From: Candidatus Izemoplasma sp.
GTDB lineage: Bacteria > Bacillota_I > Bacilli_A > Izemoplasmatales > Izemoplasmataceae
Direction: 5' to 3'
DNA: 64,000 nucleotides
Assembly (NCBI GenBank): GCA_021736205.1
Contig: JAIPGF010000003.1
Span: 7,772-71,771, forward strand
The position numbers were made by a program, and so were the translations under genes. The notes beneath the pieces were generated by a model, which saw only the letters and a list, made by a program, of their open reading frames with translations, did not search any database and was not told the DNA's origin. Within the stretch, counting starts at the first letter, position 1. Each line of letters opens with the position of its first letter. Positions 51,428-61,400 of this stretch are shown in pieces.

Positions 51428-51529
51428 ATGATAACTTACACAACATTTACTACAATTGAATCAACCGATTCAATTAAAGAGTATTTAGACAGTTTAAAAG
51501 AAGAACAAGAACGTAAAAGAAGACATTAA
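51428..51529 (+). CDS. possible 33-aa small protein
   Basis: Not in the ORF track. AGGAGG (51416-51421) lies 6 nt before the ATG. The product is MITYTTFTTIESTDSIKEYLDSLKEEQERKRRH, and its stop lies in the terminator loop (51526-51532). Confidence 0.3.
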   Translation: MITYTTFTTIESTDSIKEYLDSLKEEQERKRRH

Positions 51530-51545
51530 CATTGTCTTCTTTTTC
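51518..51545 (+). terminator. rho-independent terminator
   Basis: Stem AGAAGACA (51518-51525) / TGTCTTCT (51533-51540), then TTTT. Confidence 0.7.
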
Positions 51546-51608
51546 ATATTAAGTTGTAAACTACGTATTTGACATGCTATAATCTAATCAGTAAGGAGGC
51601 AGATTAAT

Positions 51609-52193
51609 GTGGATAATAGATTGAAAATCATTGAAACAGATGAAGAAATAAAGGTCTTTACAGACCCTTATCGAAACAAAATAATTAATACGTTTTTGTC
51701 TGAGGATAGACCTCTTACAGTTAAGATGGTCGCTGATATTTTAGGTGAAGTCCCTGCAAAAGTTCATTATCATGTGAAAAAAATACTAAAAATTAATCTT
51801 ATTGAACTTGACCATATAGAAGTAATAAATGGTATTAATGCTAAATACTATAAAATGCTTTATGATAACTTCAAATTAAAAATTAATCAAAATCAAGATG
51901 AGCGACTAATAAATACACAACTCGATCATGTGACTAAAATGCTCGTTAGTATTATTGACGAATTCAAAAGTGATGTGTTGAACAGAGTTGAAGATTTAGA
52001 AGACAATTTTCATAATTCTGATTATGAGGGCTTTATAAGTCAAATCAAATTAACGCTAACTGAAGAAAACTATGATGAATTTAATAATGAGTTTAAAACA
52101 CTTATCAAAAAATATACATCAAAAAAGAATGAAGGAACGTCATATTCTTTTCTCCTTGGACTTATTAGAAAAGACAAAGAAAAGGATGAATAA
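51609..52193 (+). CDS. ArsR-like winged-helix transcriptional regulator
   Basis: 194 aa. The GTG start lies 9 nt after AAGGAGG. The N-terminal wHTH is LTVKMVADILGEVPAKVHYHVKKI. Confidence 0.6.
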   Translation: MDNRLKIIETDEEIKVFTDPYRNKIINTFLSEDRPLTVKMVADILGEVPAKVHYHVKKILKINLIELDHIEVINGINAKYYKMLYDNFKLKINQNQDERLINTQLDHVTKMLVSIIDEFKSDVLNRVEDLEDNFHNSDYEGFISQIKLTLTEENYDEFNNEFKTLIKKYTSKKNEGTSYSFLLGLIRKDKEKDE

Positions 52194-52196
52194 TAC

Positions 52197-53441
52197 ATGC
52201 AAAAAACCTTATTAGTAGGTGCAAACATTAATAATGACCCATTATTTGATTATTTAATGGATGAACTTAAAAGCCTTGCAGAAGCAAGAAACTTTGTCGT
52301 TAAAAAAACAATAACACAAAAAATTAATTCAATTTCACCAACTTATTTTATAGGATCAGGTAAGTTAAACGAAATTAAAAAAGAAATTGAAATTAATGAT
52401 ATCAATCTTGTTATATTTAACGATGAGTTAAGTGGCTCGCAAATAAGAAACATAGAAGAGGTACTTGATTGTAAAACGATTGATCGAACACTTCTAATAT
52501 TAGATATTTTTTCAAAAAGAGCAAAAACAAAAGAGGCGATGCTACAAGTTGAAATCGCTCAACTAGAGTATATGCTCCCTAGATTAGTTGGTCTTGACGA
52601 TTCTTTTAGTCGACAAACTGGTGGAGGTTTCAAACTTAGAGGTCCTGGTGAAAAGAAACTAGAACTTGATAGACGTCATATTAGAGACGAAATTAACACC
52701 TTAAAAAAAGAACTAAAAAGAGTGGAAAACACTAGAGAATTACAACGAAAACATAGAAATAAATCATTGATGAAAAAAGTAGCTATTGTCGGATATACAA
52801 ATGCTGGCAAATCAACACTTTTAAACGGTCTTGTAAACTATGAAAAAAATACAAAGTCCAAAAATGTATTTGTTAAAAATATGTTGTTTGCAACACTTGA
52901 TACAGCGACTAGACAAGTGAAAATTCCAAACAAACGAGAGTTTTTAGTGACTGATACTGTTGGATTTGTTTCGAATTTACCCCATGATTTAGTAGAAGCC
53001 TTCAAATCAACACTAGAAGAAATTACTGATGCTGACTTAATTGTTCATGTAGTTGATGCTTCTAACCCGTATTACCAAGAACAAATAGATGTCACTAATA
53101 CTACGCTAAAAGAGATTGGTGTGCATGATATTCCCACATTGTATGTTTATAATAAAGCAGATTTACTAAAAACTACTATAACACCCACTAATTATCCAAA
53201 TAGTATAGTGTCACTACTTGATAATGAAGATATTCAAGATGTTGTAGCACTTATTGAAGAACACTTATTTCAAAACTATGAAACAAAAACTCTTCTAATT
53301 CCTTTTGATAAAGGAGATATTGTGTCTACTATCAATTCACACAATACAGTCCTTGAACAAAAATATGAAGATGGCGGTACCAAAATTAAAGCAACCTTAT
53401 CTCCAAGACAATTAAAAGAATATACTCAATACATTATTTAA
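52197..53441 (+). CDS. hflX: GTPase HflX
   Basis: 414 aa with G1 GYTNAGKST, DTVGF and NKAD motifs and the HflX N-terminal domain. Confidence 0.9.
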   Translation: MQKTLLVGANINNDPLFDYLMDELKSLAEARNFVVKKTITQKINSISPTYFIGSGKLNEIKKEIEINDINLVIFNDELSGSQIRNIEEVLDCKTIDRTLLILDIFSKRAKTKEAMLQVEIAQLEYMLPRLVGLDDSFSRQTGGGFKLRGPGEKKLELDRRHIRDEINTLKKELKRVENTRELQRKHRNKSLMKKVAIVGYTNAGKSTLLNGLVNYEKNTKSKNVFVKNMLFATLDTATRQVKIPNKREFLVTDTVGFVSNLPHDLVEAFKSTLEEITDADLIVHVVDASNPYYQEQIDVTNTTLKEIGVHDIPTLYVYNKADLLKTTITPTNYPNSIVSLLDNEDIQDVVALIEEHLFQNYETKTLLIPFDKGDIVSTINSHNTVLEQKYEDGGTKIKATLSPRQLKEYTQYII

Positions 53442-53461
53442 TTACACTATTATTTACACTT

Positions 53462-53498
53462 AAAAGGCCTATTAAAATAATAGGCCTTTTATATTTTT
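53462..53498 (+). terminator. rho-independent terminator after hflX
   Basis: Perfect 12-bp stem AAAAGGCCTATT (53462-53473) / AATAGGCCTTTT (53479-53490), with T-rich sequence after it. Confidence 0.8.
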
Positions 53499-53661
53499 CA
53501 TTGTATTAAATATATATAATTAAGGAAAAAATGATATAATTAACTGAGGTGATAGTATCGGAAAAAAGAGAATATTTATTTATATTGCATTATTTGTAAT
53601 AACTCTTGCAATTGCAACACAAGGATTTAGAAATTTTAAAACAGATGGATTACTTATTCCA

Positions 53662-54429
53662 ATGTTGGTCACATTAGGCTATTTTACTGTCTTTTTCATT
53701 GTTGCTCAAATAATTAAAGACAACTCTATTGTCGATATGGGGTGGGGATTAGGATTTGTTTTTGGTAGTGTTTCAACCCTTCTAATTACCACAGATCCAA
53801 CTATCCTATCTTATATTATCGTTGGGTTCATTACCCTGTGGGGCGTTCGTCTTTCGGGTAGAATTATTAAAAGAAACTGGGGAAAACCCGAAGATTTCAG
53901 ATACGCACAATGGCGAAAAGAATGGGGAGACAAAGTCATGATTATCGCTTTCTTTAGAGTCTTCATGGTTCAGGGAATAATTAATTTCATTGTTGGCTCG
54001 GCAAGTTATGTGGTTATTAAATTTAATAATTTTGCATTTACAGGTGCAGTTCAATACATTGTACTAGTTGGTCTTATAATTGCTCTTATTGGTTTATTAT
54101 TTGAAGTAGTCGGAGATGAACAATTAAGAAAACACATTGAACAAGGAACAAAAACATTAATGAACAAAGGACTTTGGTCGATTACGAGACATCCAAATTA
54201 CTTCGGAGAAATCCTAATATGGACAGGACTTTACTTAACAGGCGCAGCTGTTTTATCGTCAGTAAATACTATATATTATGCATTATTAATCGTTTCACCC
54301 GTATTAATGAGTCTTGTAATAATTAAAGTCTCTACTCCTCTTTTAGAAAAACACATGGCCAAATATGATGGTTGGGAAACATACACAAAAAGGACACCAA
54401 TGATTTTCCCATGGGGAAAAAAAGATTAA
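53662..54429 (+). CDS. DUF1295 / steroid 5-alpha-reductase-like membrane protein
   Basis: It has the C-terminal signature GLWSITRHPNYFGEILIWTG. The reading frame is open upstream back to 53548 and encodes another TM helix, but no canonical start codon is present there (see findings). Confidence 0.75.
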   Translation: MLVTLGYFTVFFIVAQIIKDNSIVDMGWGLGFVFGSVSTLLITTDPTILSYIIVGFITLWGVRLSGRIIKRNWGKPEDFRYAQWRKEWGDKVMIIAFFRVFMVQGIINFIVGSASYVVIKFNNFAFTGAVQYIVLVGLIIALIGLLFEVVGDEQLRKHIEQGTKTLMNKGLWSITRHPNYFGEILIWTGLYLTGAAVLSSVNTIYYALLIVSPVLMSLVIIKVSTPLLEKHMAKYDGWETYTKRTPMIFPWGKKD

Positions 54430-54475
54430 TTTATATAATTATATATATATAAAAAGACACTTTAGATGTGATATA

Positions 54476-55465
54476 TCACTCTAAGGTGTCTCTTTCTTTT
54501 AAATAATCTTTGTAGTTTTCAATAATCGTAATTAATTCATCTAATTTACTAATTTGTGCTAACTTAATCTTAATTGTTTTTGCACCATGCAAGCCTTTGA
54601 CATAATAGGGTGCTTGCCCTCTCATTTCAAGCAGTGCAAGGTGCTCACCTTTAACCTTAACAAGTCGCTTAGCATGTTCAATTAGCATATCTAATTTATC
54701 ATATTTTGAGTAGTCTTTAGTATATTCTCCTGTTGAAAGGAATTCAACCGTCTGTCTTATAACAAAGGGATTTCCCAATAATCCTCTACCAATCATAATA
54801 GCATCACAGCCCGTTTCATCTAACATTTTCTTTGCGTCCTCAGGTGTCTTAATATCTCCGTTTCCTATAACTGGAATATCAACTGCATCTTTTACATCTT
54901 TAATGATTCTCCAGTCTGCTTCACCCCGATAAAGTTGTGATCTTGTACGTCCATGTACTGCAATGGCTTTAGCTCCTGCTTTTTCTACAATTTTAGCAAT
55001 TTCAACAGCATTTATATTATCCTGATTCCACCCTGATCTGATCTTTACCGTGACTGGTACAGAAACATTTGAGACAACGTTATTCACAATATTATAAAGT
55101 TTTTCAGGTGTCGTCATCAATTTAGAGCCTGCTCCGTTTTTAACAATCTTCTTTACAGGGCAACCCACATTAATATCTATAATATCGCAATCAGATTGCT
55201 TCTCAATTATTTTGGCTCCATTTACCATCATTTCCGTGTCTGATCCAAATATTTGCATAACTAAAGGACGCTCTTCATCGACTATTTTTAACATTTTAAA
55301 TGTTTTTTCGTTTGCATAAACAAGCGCATTATTACTTACCATTTCTGAATAAATGAGTCCCGCACCAAATTCTTTCATCAGCGTTCGAAAGGCTACATTA
55401 GAAACCCCTGCCATAGGTGCAACAACAACCTGGTTTTTAATTTCTATATTTCCAATTTTAAACAT
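54476..55465 (-). CDS. dusB: tRNA-dihydrouridine synthase
   Basis: It has VVAPMAGVSN, DINVGCP and HGRTR motifs. The ATG at 55465 lies behind GGTGAT; the ORF-track GTG is at 55477. Confidence 0.9.
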   Translation of the reverse strand: MFKIGNIEIKNQVVVAPMAGVSNVAFRTLMKEFGAGLIYSEMVSNNALVYANEKTFKMLKIVDEERPLVMQIFGSDTEMMVNGAKIIEKQSDCDIIDINVGCPVKKIVKNGAGSKLMTTPEKLYNIVNNVVSNVSVPVTVKIRSGWNQDNINAVEIAKIVEKAGAKAIAVHGRTRSQLYRGEADWRIIKDVKDAVDIPVIGNGDIKTPEDAKKMLDETGCDAIMIGRGLLGNPFVIRQTVEFLSTGEYTKDYSKYDKLDMLIEHAKRLVKVKGEHLALLEMRGQAPYYVKGLHGAKTIKIKLAQISKLDELITIIENYKDYLKERDTLE

Positions 55466-55575
55466 TATTATCACCACAAATTAAACTACTTTACATTTTA
55501 CACAAATATCGTTATAATTGCAAAGTAAACTCATTTAATAATATTTAGGTATAATAAAATTACGCAGGTGATACG

Positions 55576-56478
55576 ATGAATGATTATTTAAAAAAAGCAT
55601 ATGCTTTTGATGGAACAGTTAGAATATATGCTGCTAACACAACAAATTTAGTAGAAGAGGCTCGTGAGATTCACGACCTTTGGCCTACCAGTACATCAGC
55701 TTTAGGGCGCTTATTAACAGTAAGTGTTATAATGGGAGCAATGTATAAAGGAGAGCAACAACTAACAATCAGAGTTGAATCTGATGGTCCAATTAAAGGT
55801 ATGATAACAACTACCAACCCCCATGGTGAAGTAAGGGGACAAATTGGTAACCCTCATATATTTTTAGATTATAATGATAAAACATTAAAGGTTGGACAAG
55901 CAGTTGGAAACGGCTCAATACATGTAACAAAAGACTTAAAGGTTCGTGATATGTTTACCTCAACTGCTCAAATACAAACCGGTGAAATTGCTGAAGATTT
56001 TGCGTACTATTTTACAAAGTCAGAACAAATACCTAGTGCTGTTGGCTTAGGAATCCAAGTAGACGAAGACAACTCAGTAAATGCTGCTGGCGGATTTATT
56101 TTACAAATTATGCCAGGATGCACAGAAGAAACAATAAAGTTAATTGAACAACGACTAAATGAAATACCAAAAGTAAGTGAGATGCTCAAAGACAAAAAAA
56201 CGCCAGAAGAGATGATTAATTTAATAACTCAAGGTAATCATAAGTTTTTAGAAGAAATGCCGTTAAACTACAAATGTAACTGCTCAAAAGAGAAATTTGA
56301 ATCAAGTTTATTAACACTTGGAGTAAGAGAACTCGAGGAATTATTAGAAGAAGACGGTAGAATAGAAACCACTTGTCATTTCTGTAATACAAACTATCAG
56401 TTTAATAAAGAAGAAATAAAAAATTTAATTGAGTTAGCAAAAGACAACACTACAACAGATAAAAAAGAAACTTCTTAA
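55576..56478 (+). CDS. hslO: Hsp33 redox-regulated chaperone
   Basis: 300 aa with the C-terminal zinc centre CNCSKEKF...CHFCNTNY. Confidence 0.9.
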   Translation: MNDYLKKAYAFDGTVRIYAANTTNLVEEAREIHDLWPTSTSALGRLLTVSVIMGAMYKGEQQLTIRVESDGPIKGMITTTNPHGEVRGQIGNPHIFLDYNDKTLKVGQAVGNGSIHVTKDLKVRDMFTSTAQIQTGEIAEDFAYYFTKSEQIPSAVGLGIQVDEDNSVNAAGGFILQIMPGCTEETIKLIEQRLNEIPKVSEMLKDKKTPEEMINLITQGNHKFLEEMPLNYKCNCSKEKFESSLLTLGVRELEELLEEDGRIETTCHFCNTNYQFNKEEIKNLIELAKDNTTTDKKETS

Positions 56479-56494
56479 AGAAGTTTCTTTTTTT
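56464..56494 (+). terminator. rho-independent terminator after hslO
   Basis: Palindrome AAAGAAACTTCTT / AAGAAGTTTCTTT (56464-56490) followed by a T-run. It overlaps the stop codon. Confidence 0.75.
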
Positions 56495-56813
56495 GTCCCA
56501 CACTTTTACACCTTTGGTTTTCACTAATATCAGCGCATTTTTTTGTTCTTACTATCCGTGGGAAATCGTTTATTTTAGATAATAACCTATAATTGATCTT
56601 TGTTTTGATAAGCTTTAAATCAATTAGAAAATACGTGTTTAAAATAAATAAAATATTGACCGAAATTTAGTCTATTAATTCTTATTTATAATAATCGAAT
56701 TATCTAGAGTACTATTTATAATATGGATGACTTGGATAACCTTTTTACAGATGAGTAAAAAGAATTTAAATTGACTGTTTTTATAATTTTTACAAAATAT
56801 TTAATTATTTCTC

Positions 56814-58145
56814 TTATTTAACTTTTAGATATCGATCAATTTCCCATTTTGAAATATAGATTCTATAATCATTCCATTCAGCCTTTTTAAGTTCAATAAA
56901 CATTTTTGTAATATGTTCTCCTAACGCATTTTTTATAACATCGTTTTTCTCTAATTCTTCACACGCTTCTTTTAAATTCTCAGGTAAATGCTCAATACCA
57001 TTTTCTTCTAACTTTGAAAAACTATAACTATATAAATTATCCTTTATACGTTCTTGTGGTTCTAGTTTTCCTTCAATACCTTTAAGACCGCTGGCTAATA
57101 TAGCACTAAATGCTAAATAGGGATTAGCTGAAGGATCTGCACTTCTTATTTCTGTTCGTGTCGCTTTACCTCGTTTAGCAGGAATGCGAATTAATGCCGA
57201 TCTATTTGCATCGCTCCAAGATACATAACATGGCGCTTCGTAACCAGGAACTAATCGTTTATATGAATTAACTGTAGGGTTTGTAACCGCAGTAAATGCT
57301 CGTGCATTTTCCATTATCCCAGCAATCCAGTATTTTGCAATTTTACTAAGTCCTAAGTACCCCTCTTTATCAGCAAACATATTGTTATGGTCTTTGTCGC
57401 TTAAAGAACAGTTTATATGCATCCCTGAACCATTTATAGTACTGATTGGTTTTGGCATGAAAGTTGCATGTAATCCATGTCTTTTAGCGATATTTTTAAC
57501 AACTAATTTAAAAATTTGCAGACGATCACTAGCATTAACCGCATTATTAAATTCGAAATTAATTTCATGTTGCCCGGGTGCTACTTCATGATGAGATGCT
57601 TCCATATTAAACCCAAGTTTTTCTAATTCAAGTACGATATCACGTCGACAATCTTCAGCACCATCAACAGGGGCTAAATCAAAATACCCGCCATTATCAT
57701 TAAAGTCTAAAGTTGGACGTTCATTATCGTCTAATTTAAATAAGAAAAACTCTGGCTCAACACCGATATTAAAATACGGAAATCCCATTTTTTCTGCTTT
57801 TTCCATGTTTTTCTTTAAAACAAAACGTGGATCTCCTTTAAAAGGTGTTCCATCTGGTAAATATACATCACAAATTAAAATACCCACATTGCCATAAGTT
57901 GTTCTTTCCCAAGATGAAATCATCCAAGTATCTAAGTCTGGATGTAGATACATATCAGCCTCATGAATACGAGCAAATCCATCAATACTCGATCCATCAA
58001 ACATCACCCCATTGTCAAGTGCTTCCTCCAATTTCGTATCAGGAACTTCAACGTTTTTAATCACACCATCAATATCAGTAAAACATAGTCGAACATATTT
58101 AACGTTTTCTTCTTTTGCATTCTTTAAAATTTCTTCTCTGTTCAT
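56814..58145 (-). CDS. glnA: glutamine synthetase, type I
   Basis: 443 aa with [20 protein letters not shown] and RIP motifs. The RBS is AGGGAGGAA. Confidence 0.95.
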   Translation of the reverse strand: MNREEILKNAKEENVKYVRLCFTDIDGVIKNVEVPDTKLEEALDNGVMFDGSSIDGFARIHEADMYLHPDLDTWMISSWERTTYGNVGILICDVYLPDGTPFKGDPRFVLKKNMEKAEKMGFPYFNIGVEPEFFLFKLDDNERPTLDFNDNGGYFDLAPVDGAEDCRRDIVLELEKLGFNMEASHHEVAPGQHEINFEFNNAVNASDRLQIFKLVVKNIAKRHGLHATFMPKPISTINGSGMHINCSLSDKDHNNMFADKEGYLGLSKIAKYWIAGIMENARAFTAVTNPTVNSYKRLVPGYEAPCYVSWSDANRSALIRIPAKRGKATRTEIRSADPSANPYLAFSAILASGLKGIEGKLEPQERIKDNLYSYSFSKLEENGIEHLPENLKEACEELEKNDVIKNALGEHITKMFIELKKAEWNDYRIYISKWEIDRYLKVK

Positions 58146-58162
58146 AATTCCTCCCTTTCTTT

Positions 58163-58204
58163 AACTAAAAAATGGTGTGTTACCAAAAAAGGTAACGCAC
58201 CATT
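58163..58204 (-). terminator. intrinsic terminator inside the glnA leader (attenuator)
   Basis: On the minus strand, a 14-bp stem AATGGTGCGTTACC / GGTAACACACCATT with one C-A mismatch and loop TTTTTT is followed by TTTTT. It ends only about 25 nt before the glnA RBS. Confidence 0.75.
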
Positions 58205-58247
58205 GTGTTTAAACTCATTTTTTAAGACGCCTTCGTCTACATAAAAA

Positions 58248-58276
58248 ATTATAAAGTCCTAATTACTTGATGTCAA
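58248..58276 (-). promoter_or_regulatory. consensus sigma-A promoter (TTGACA-17-TATAAT) for the glnA leader
   Basis: On the minus strand, TTGACA is at 58276-58271, followed by a 17-nt spacer and TATAAT at 58253-58248. It overlaps the last codons and the stop of the ANTAR gene. Confidence 0.6.
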
Positions 58277-58817
58277 TCTTTTTTTTAATGATAAGGTTTA
58301 CAATATAATTCTTTGCTTTTCTTCTTTGCATTGCTTCATCAATAATAAACCGGTGTGCTTTTTCTTCGGTTAAACCACTTTTCATCAGTATTCTCTTTGC
58401 TTTGTTTTCATTTCTAAGATGATTAAATTTCTCTTTAAAGTCTTGCTTTTCTTTAGAAAGATCCATTATTTTTCTTAGATATTTATGTGTCTGATTAATC
58501 AAAGAGCCAAGTTGCAATGCCATATTTATCTCAAGTATTGGTAGATAAAATAAATCCTGTTGTAAATTATAAAATAATCCAACATGTTTATTTTTCTTAA
58601 TATGTATTATTAATGACTTTTTCTCTAATACTAGTTGTTCAAGTAATTTTGGTAAATTAGGAATAGCATTTTTATAAGTAAAAATTATAACATCATAACG
58701 CATAAGTGCATACTGATTACATTTTTGAATAATATCACCATTGATATTTTTTTCTTTTAATATCATCATAATTTTCTTATCTAAATAACTACCCGATTTA
58801 ATTACTGCAACTTTCAT
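58263..58817 (-). CDS. ANTAR-domain RNA-binding antiterminator with a receiver-like N-terminal domain
   Basis: 184 aa. The C-terminus AKRILMKSGLTEEKAHRFIIDEAMQRRKAKNYIVNLII fits the ANTAR helix pattern. The N-terminal half looks like a divergent receiver/pseudo-receiver. Confidence 0.75.
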   Translation of the reverse strand: MKVAVIKSGSYLDKKIMMILKEKNINGDIIQKCNQYALMRYDVIIFTYKNAIPNLPKLLEQLVLEKKSLIIHIKKNKHVGLFYNLQQDLFYLPILEINMALQLGSLINQTHKYLRKIMDLSKEKQDFKEKFNHLRNENKAKRILMKSGLTEEKAHRFIIDEAMQRRKAKNYIVNLIIKKKIDIK

Positions 58818-58847
58818 ATAATCACTCCTTTGTGATCGATAAGTCTT

Positions 58848-60089
58848 TTAGTAACTTAAGGGATATTTAGTAGTTAATTCTTCTACACGCTTTTTAACTT
58901 CTTTCATTATATTTTCATTGTCTGGATTCATTAAAACATCATGAATCAATTGTGCAATAATGTCCATATCTTCTTCTCTAAACCCTCTTGTAGTAATAGC
59001 GGGTGTTCCCAGACGAATTCCGCTTGTAATAAAGGGTTTTTCTTCATCGTTTGGAATCGTATTCTTATTGCAAGTAATGTTTACATCATCAAGTAATTTT
59101 TCTGCGTCTTTCCCTGTTAACTTAGTTAATGATTTAACATCAACTAACATTAAATGATTATCGGTTCCGCCAGAAACAATATTAAATCCTAACTCTGATA
59201 ATTTATTAGCTAAACGTATTGCATTTTTTATAACTTGTTTTTGATATGATTTAAATTCAGGCAACAACGCCTCTTTAAAGGACACAGCTTTTGCTGCAAT
59301 TACATGCATCAATGGACCGCCTTGAATACCAGGAAAAATAACACGATTTATTTTTTTATATATTTCTTTCGAATTCGTTAAAATCAGTCCACCACGAGGT
59401 CCCCGTAATGTTTTGTGAGTCGTAGAGGTTACTATGTCTGCATAATCACATGGGTTAGGATGAAGTCCTGCAGCTACAAGTCCTGCAATATGTGCCATAT
59501 CAACCATAAATAAGGCATCTACTTCATCGCAAATTTCCTTAATTTTATCAAAATGAATAATTCTTGAATAAGCACTTGCTCCTGCAACAATTAACGTTGG
59601 TTTTGTTTCTAAGGCAATTTCTCTTAATTTCGTATAATCAATGCGTTCTGATTTTTCATCTACACCATAACTTACAAAGTTATAGTCAATGCCACTAAAA
59701 TTCAGGGGATGTCCATGGGTTAAATGTCCTCCGTGATCTAAACTCATACCTAAGACAGTATCTCCATGTTTTAACACAGCTCTATATGCCCCCATGTTTG
59801 CTGTAGAACCACTATGTGGTTGTACATTAGCATACTTTACATTAAATAGTTTTTTCAATCTGTTTCTAGCTGCTTTTTCAGCAATATCCACATATTCACA
59901 CCCACCATAATAACGACGGCTAGGGTATCCTTCAGCATACTTATTTGTCAAGACACTCCCTTGTGCTTCAAGCACAGCTTTACTGACAAAATTTTCACTT
60001 GCAATCAACTCAATATGTGTTTTTTGTCGATTTGTCTCTGAAGTAATCGCATCATATAGTTTACGATCTACATTTTTTACATGCTCCAT
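58848..60089 (-). CDS. glyA: serine hydroxymethyltransferase
   Basis: 413 aa with the PLP-lysine motif [12 protein letters not shown]. Confidence 0.97.
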   Translation of the reverse strand: MEHVKNVDRKLYDAITSETNRQKTHIELIASENFVSKAVLEAQGSVLTNKYAEGYPSRRYYGGCEYVDIAEKAARNRLKKLFNVKYANVQPHSGSTANMGAYRAVLKHGDTVLGMSLDHGGHLTHGHPLNFSGIDYNFVSYGVDEKSERIDYTKLREIALETKPTLIVAGASAYSRIIHFDKIKEICDEVDALFMVDMAHIAGLVAAGLHPNPCDYADIVTSTTHKTLRGPRGGLILTNSKEIYKKINRVIFPGIQGGPLMHVIAAKAVSFKEALLPEFKSYQKQVIKNAIRLANKLSELGFNIVSGGTDNHLMLVDVKSLTKLTGKDAEKLLDDVNITCNKNTIPNDEEKPFITSGIRLGTPAITTRGFREEDMDIIAQLIHDVLMNPDNENIMKEVKKRVEELTTKYPLSY

Positions 60090-60090
60090 C

Positions 60091-60600
60091 TTATTTCTCC
60101 TTCAATTGTTTAATAAATACGCCTTTATCATCTGTAAAATTCACAACAATCTTTTCATTGATATTTGTTGGAATATTTTTACCGACAAAATCTGCTCTTA
60201 TTGGTAATTCTCTATGTCCGCGATCTACTAAAATACACAGTTGAATTTTTTTAGGCCTCCCCAAATCAATACATGCATCCATACTAGCTCTTGCTGTACG
60301 TCCTGTAAATAAAACATCATCTATCACTACAACTATTTTCTCAGATAAATCCAGATTCAATTGATCATAATCGTCAATGACAACATCATCTCTATACCCA
60401 GAAATATCTAGTTCATGCATTGGAACTTTAATGCCTTCAATATGCATAATGTTCTTTTGAATCATACTTGCTAGTGGTGTCCCATTATGTTTAATCCCTA
60501 GAAGAACTAAATCATCTAACGCTATATTTCTTTCAACAATTTCATGTGATAACCGCCTTATTGTCCGCGTCATCTTTGCTTCATCAATTAACTTTTTCAC
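60091..60600 (-). CDS. pyrR: bifunctional pyrimidine operon regulator / uracil phosphoribosyltransferase PyrR
   Basis: 169 aa with the [15 protein letters not shown] motif and [18 protein letters not shown]. Confidence 0.9.
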   Translation of the reverse strand: MKKLIDEAKMTRTIRRLSHEIVERNIALDDLVLLGIKHNGTPLASMIQKNIMHIEGIKVPMHELDISGYRDDVVIDDYDQLNLDLSEKIVVVIDDVLFTGRTARASMDACIDLGRPKKIQLCILVDRGHRELPIRADFVGKNIPTNINEKIVVNFTDDKGVFIKQLKEK

Positions 60601-60694
60601 ACTATCACCTCATATGTATACAAACATTGTATTAAATTTTTTAGTTGTTGTAAACCCTTTCTTTAAGTATTATAATTTAAATTAGGTGGTTTCC

Positions 60695-61375
60695 ATGAAT
60701 AATTTAAAATTCAAGTTCATTTTATCATCAATATTATTATTTAATACAATCATATTGGTTTTCTTTTTTAAAGAACTCATTTATAAATATGAGTATATCT
60801 TGTTTGTCCTATTTTTTATCTACTTCTTAGTTGATTCTTTTTCAATTATTATACCACAATTTAACAAACATACATACTCTTCTAAGATGCTTAAAAAAGA
60901 CTACAAAGAAGTTCCGGGGTATTCTATTGATAAATTAAAAAAACTAACTAAAATAGCAAATAAAAGAGCCTTAATTGTTTTTATACTATATTTTGGACTA
61001 ATTGCTTTAATAGGTGTCAGTTATCTATATTTTGATTGGTTTACAAGAGTTTATCTATATCTTATATTTTTTATAATCAACTTTTCTGATTATTTTTGTA
61101 TTTTAGTTTGGTGTCCTTTTAGCAAGCTACTTCTAAGAAATAAATGCTGTAATTCTTGTCGCATTAGTAATTGGGATCGATTGATGAAGTTTTCCATATT
61201 AATATTTGTTCCAAACACCTTTACAGTTACAATTTTTGTAATTGGAACGTTAATCTTCCTCCAATGGGAATATCACCATTTCAAACATCCAGAAAGATTT
61301 TATGAATTATCAAATGCAAATATTCAATGTCGATTATGTGCTTCTAATTGTACAAAAAAAAGCAATAGCAATTAA
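60695..61375 (+). CDS. hypothetical polytopic membrane protein with a Cys-rich loop and tail
   Basis: The ATG at 60695 lies behind AGGTGG. It has 5-6 TM helices and CCNSCRISNW and CRLCASNC motifs. Confidence 0.5.
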   Translation: MNNLKFKFILSSILLFNTIILVFFFKELIYKYEYILFVLFFIYFLVDSFSIIIPQFNKHTYSSKMLKKDYKEVPGYSIDKLKKLTKIANKRALIVFILYFGLIALIGVSYLYFDWFTRVYLYLIFFIINFSDYFCILVWCPFSKLLLRNKCCNSCRISNWDRLMKFSILIFVPNTFTVTIFVIGTLIFLQWEYHHFKHPERFYELSNANIQCRLCASNCTKKSNSN

Positions 61376-61400
61376 GCTATTGCTTTTATTATAGATTTTT

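Noticed and set aside
56495-56813. 320-bp convergent intergenic region between hslO and glnA, with a tiny ORF (MDDLDNLFTDE) behind a TATAAT-like box
   Set aside because: The ORF has only 11 codons and no RBS. The region is AT-rich, so promoter-like hexamers are expected by chance.
60601-60694. Possible PyrR binding loop in the pyrR leader (AAAGAAAGGGTTT)
   Set aside because: It only loosely resembles the ARUCCAGAGAGGYU consensus, and there is no accompanying terminator/antiterminator pair.
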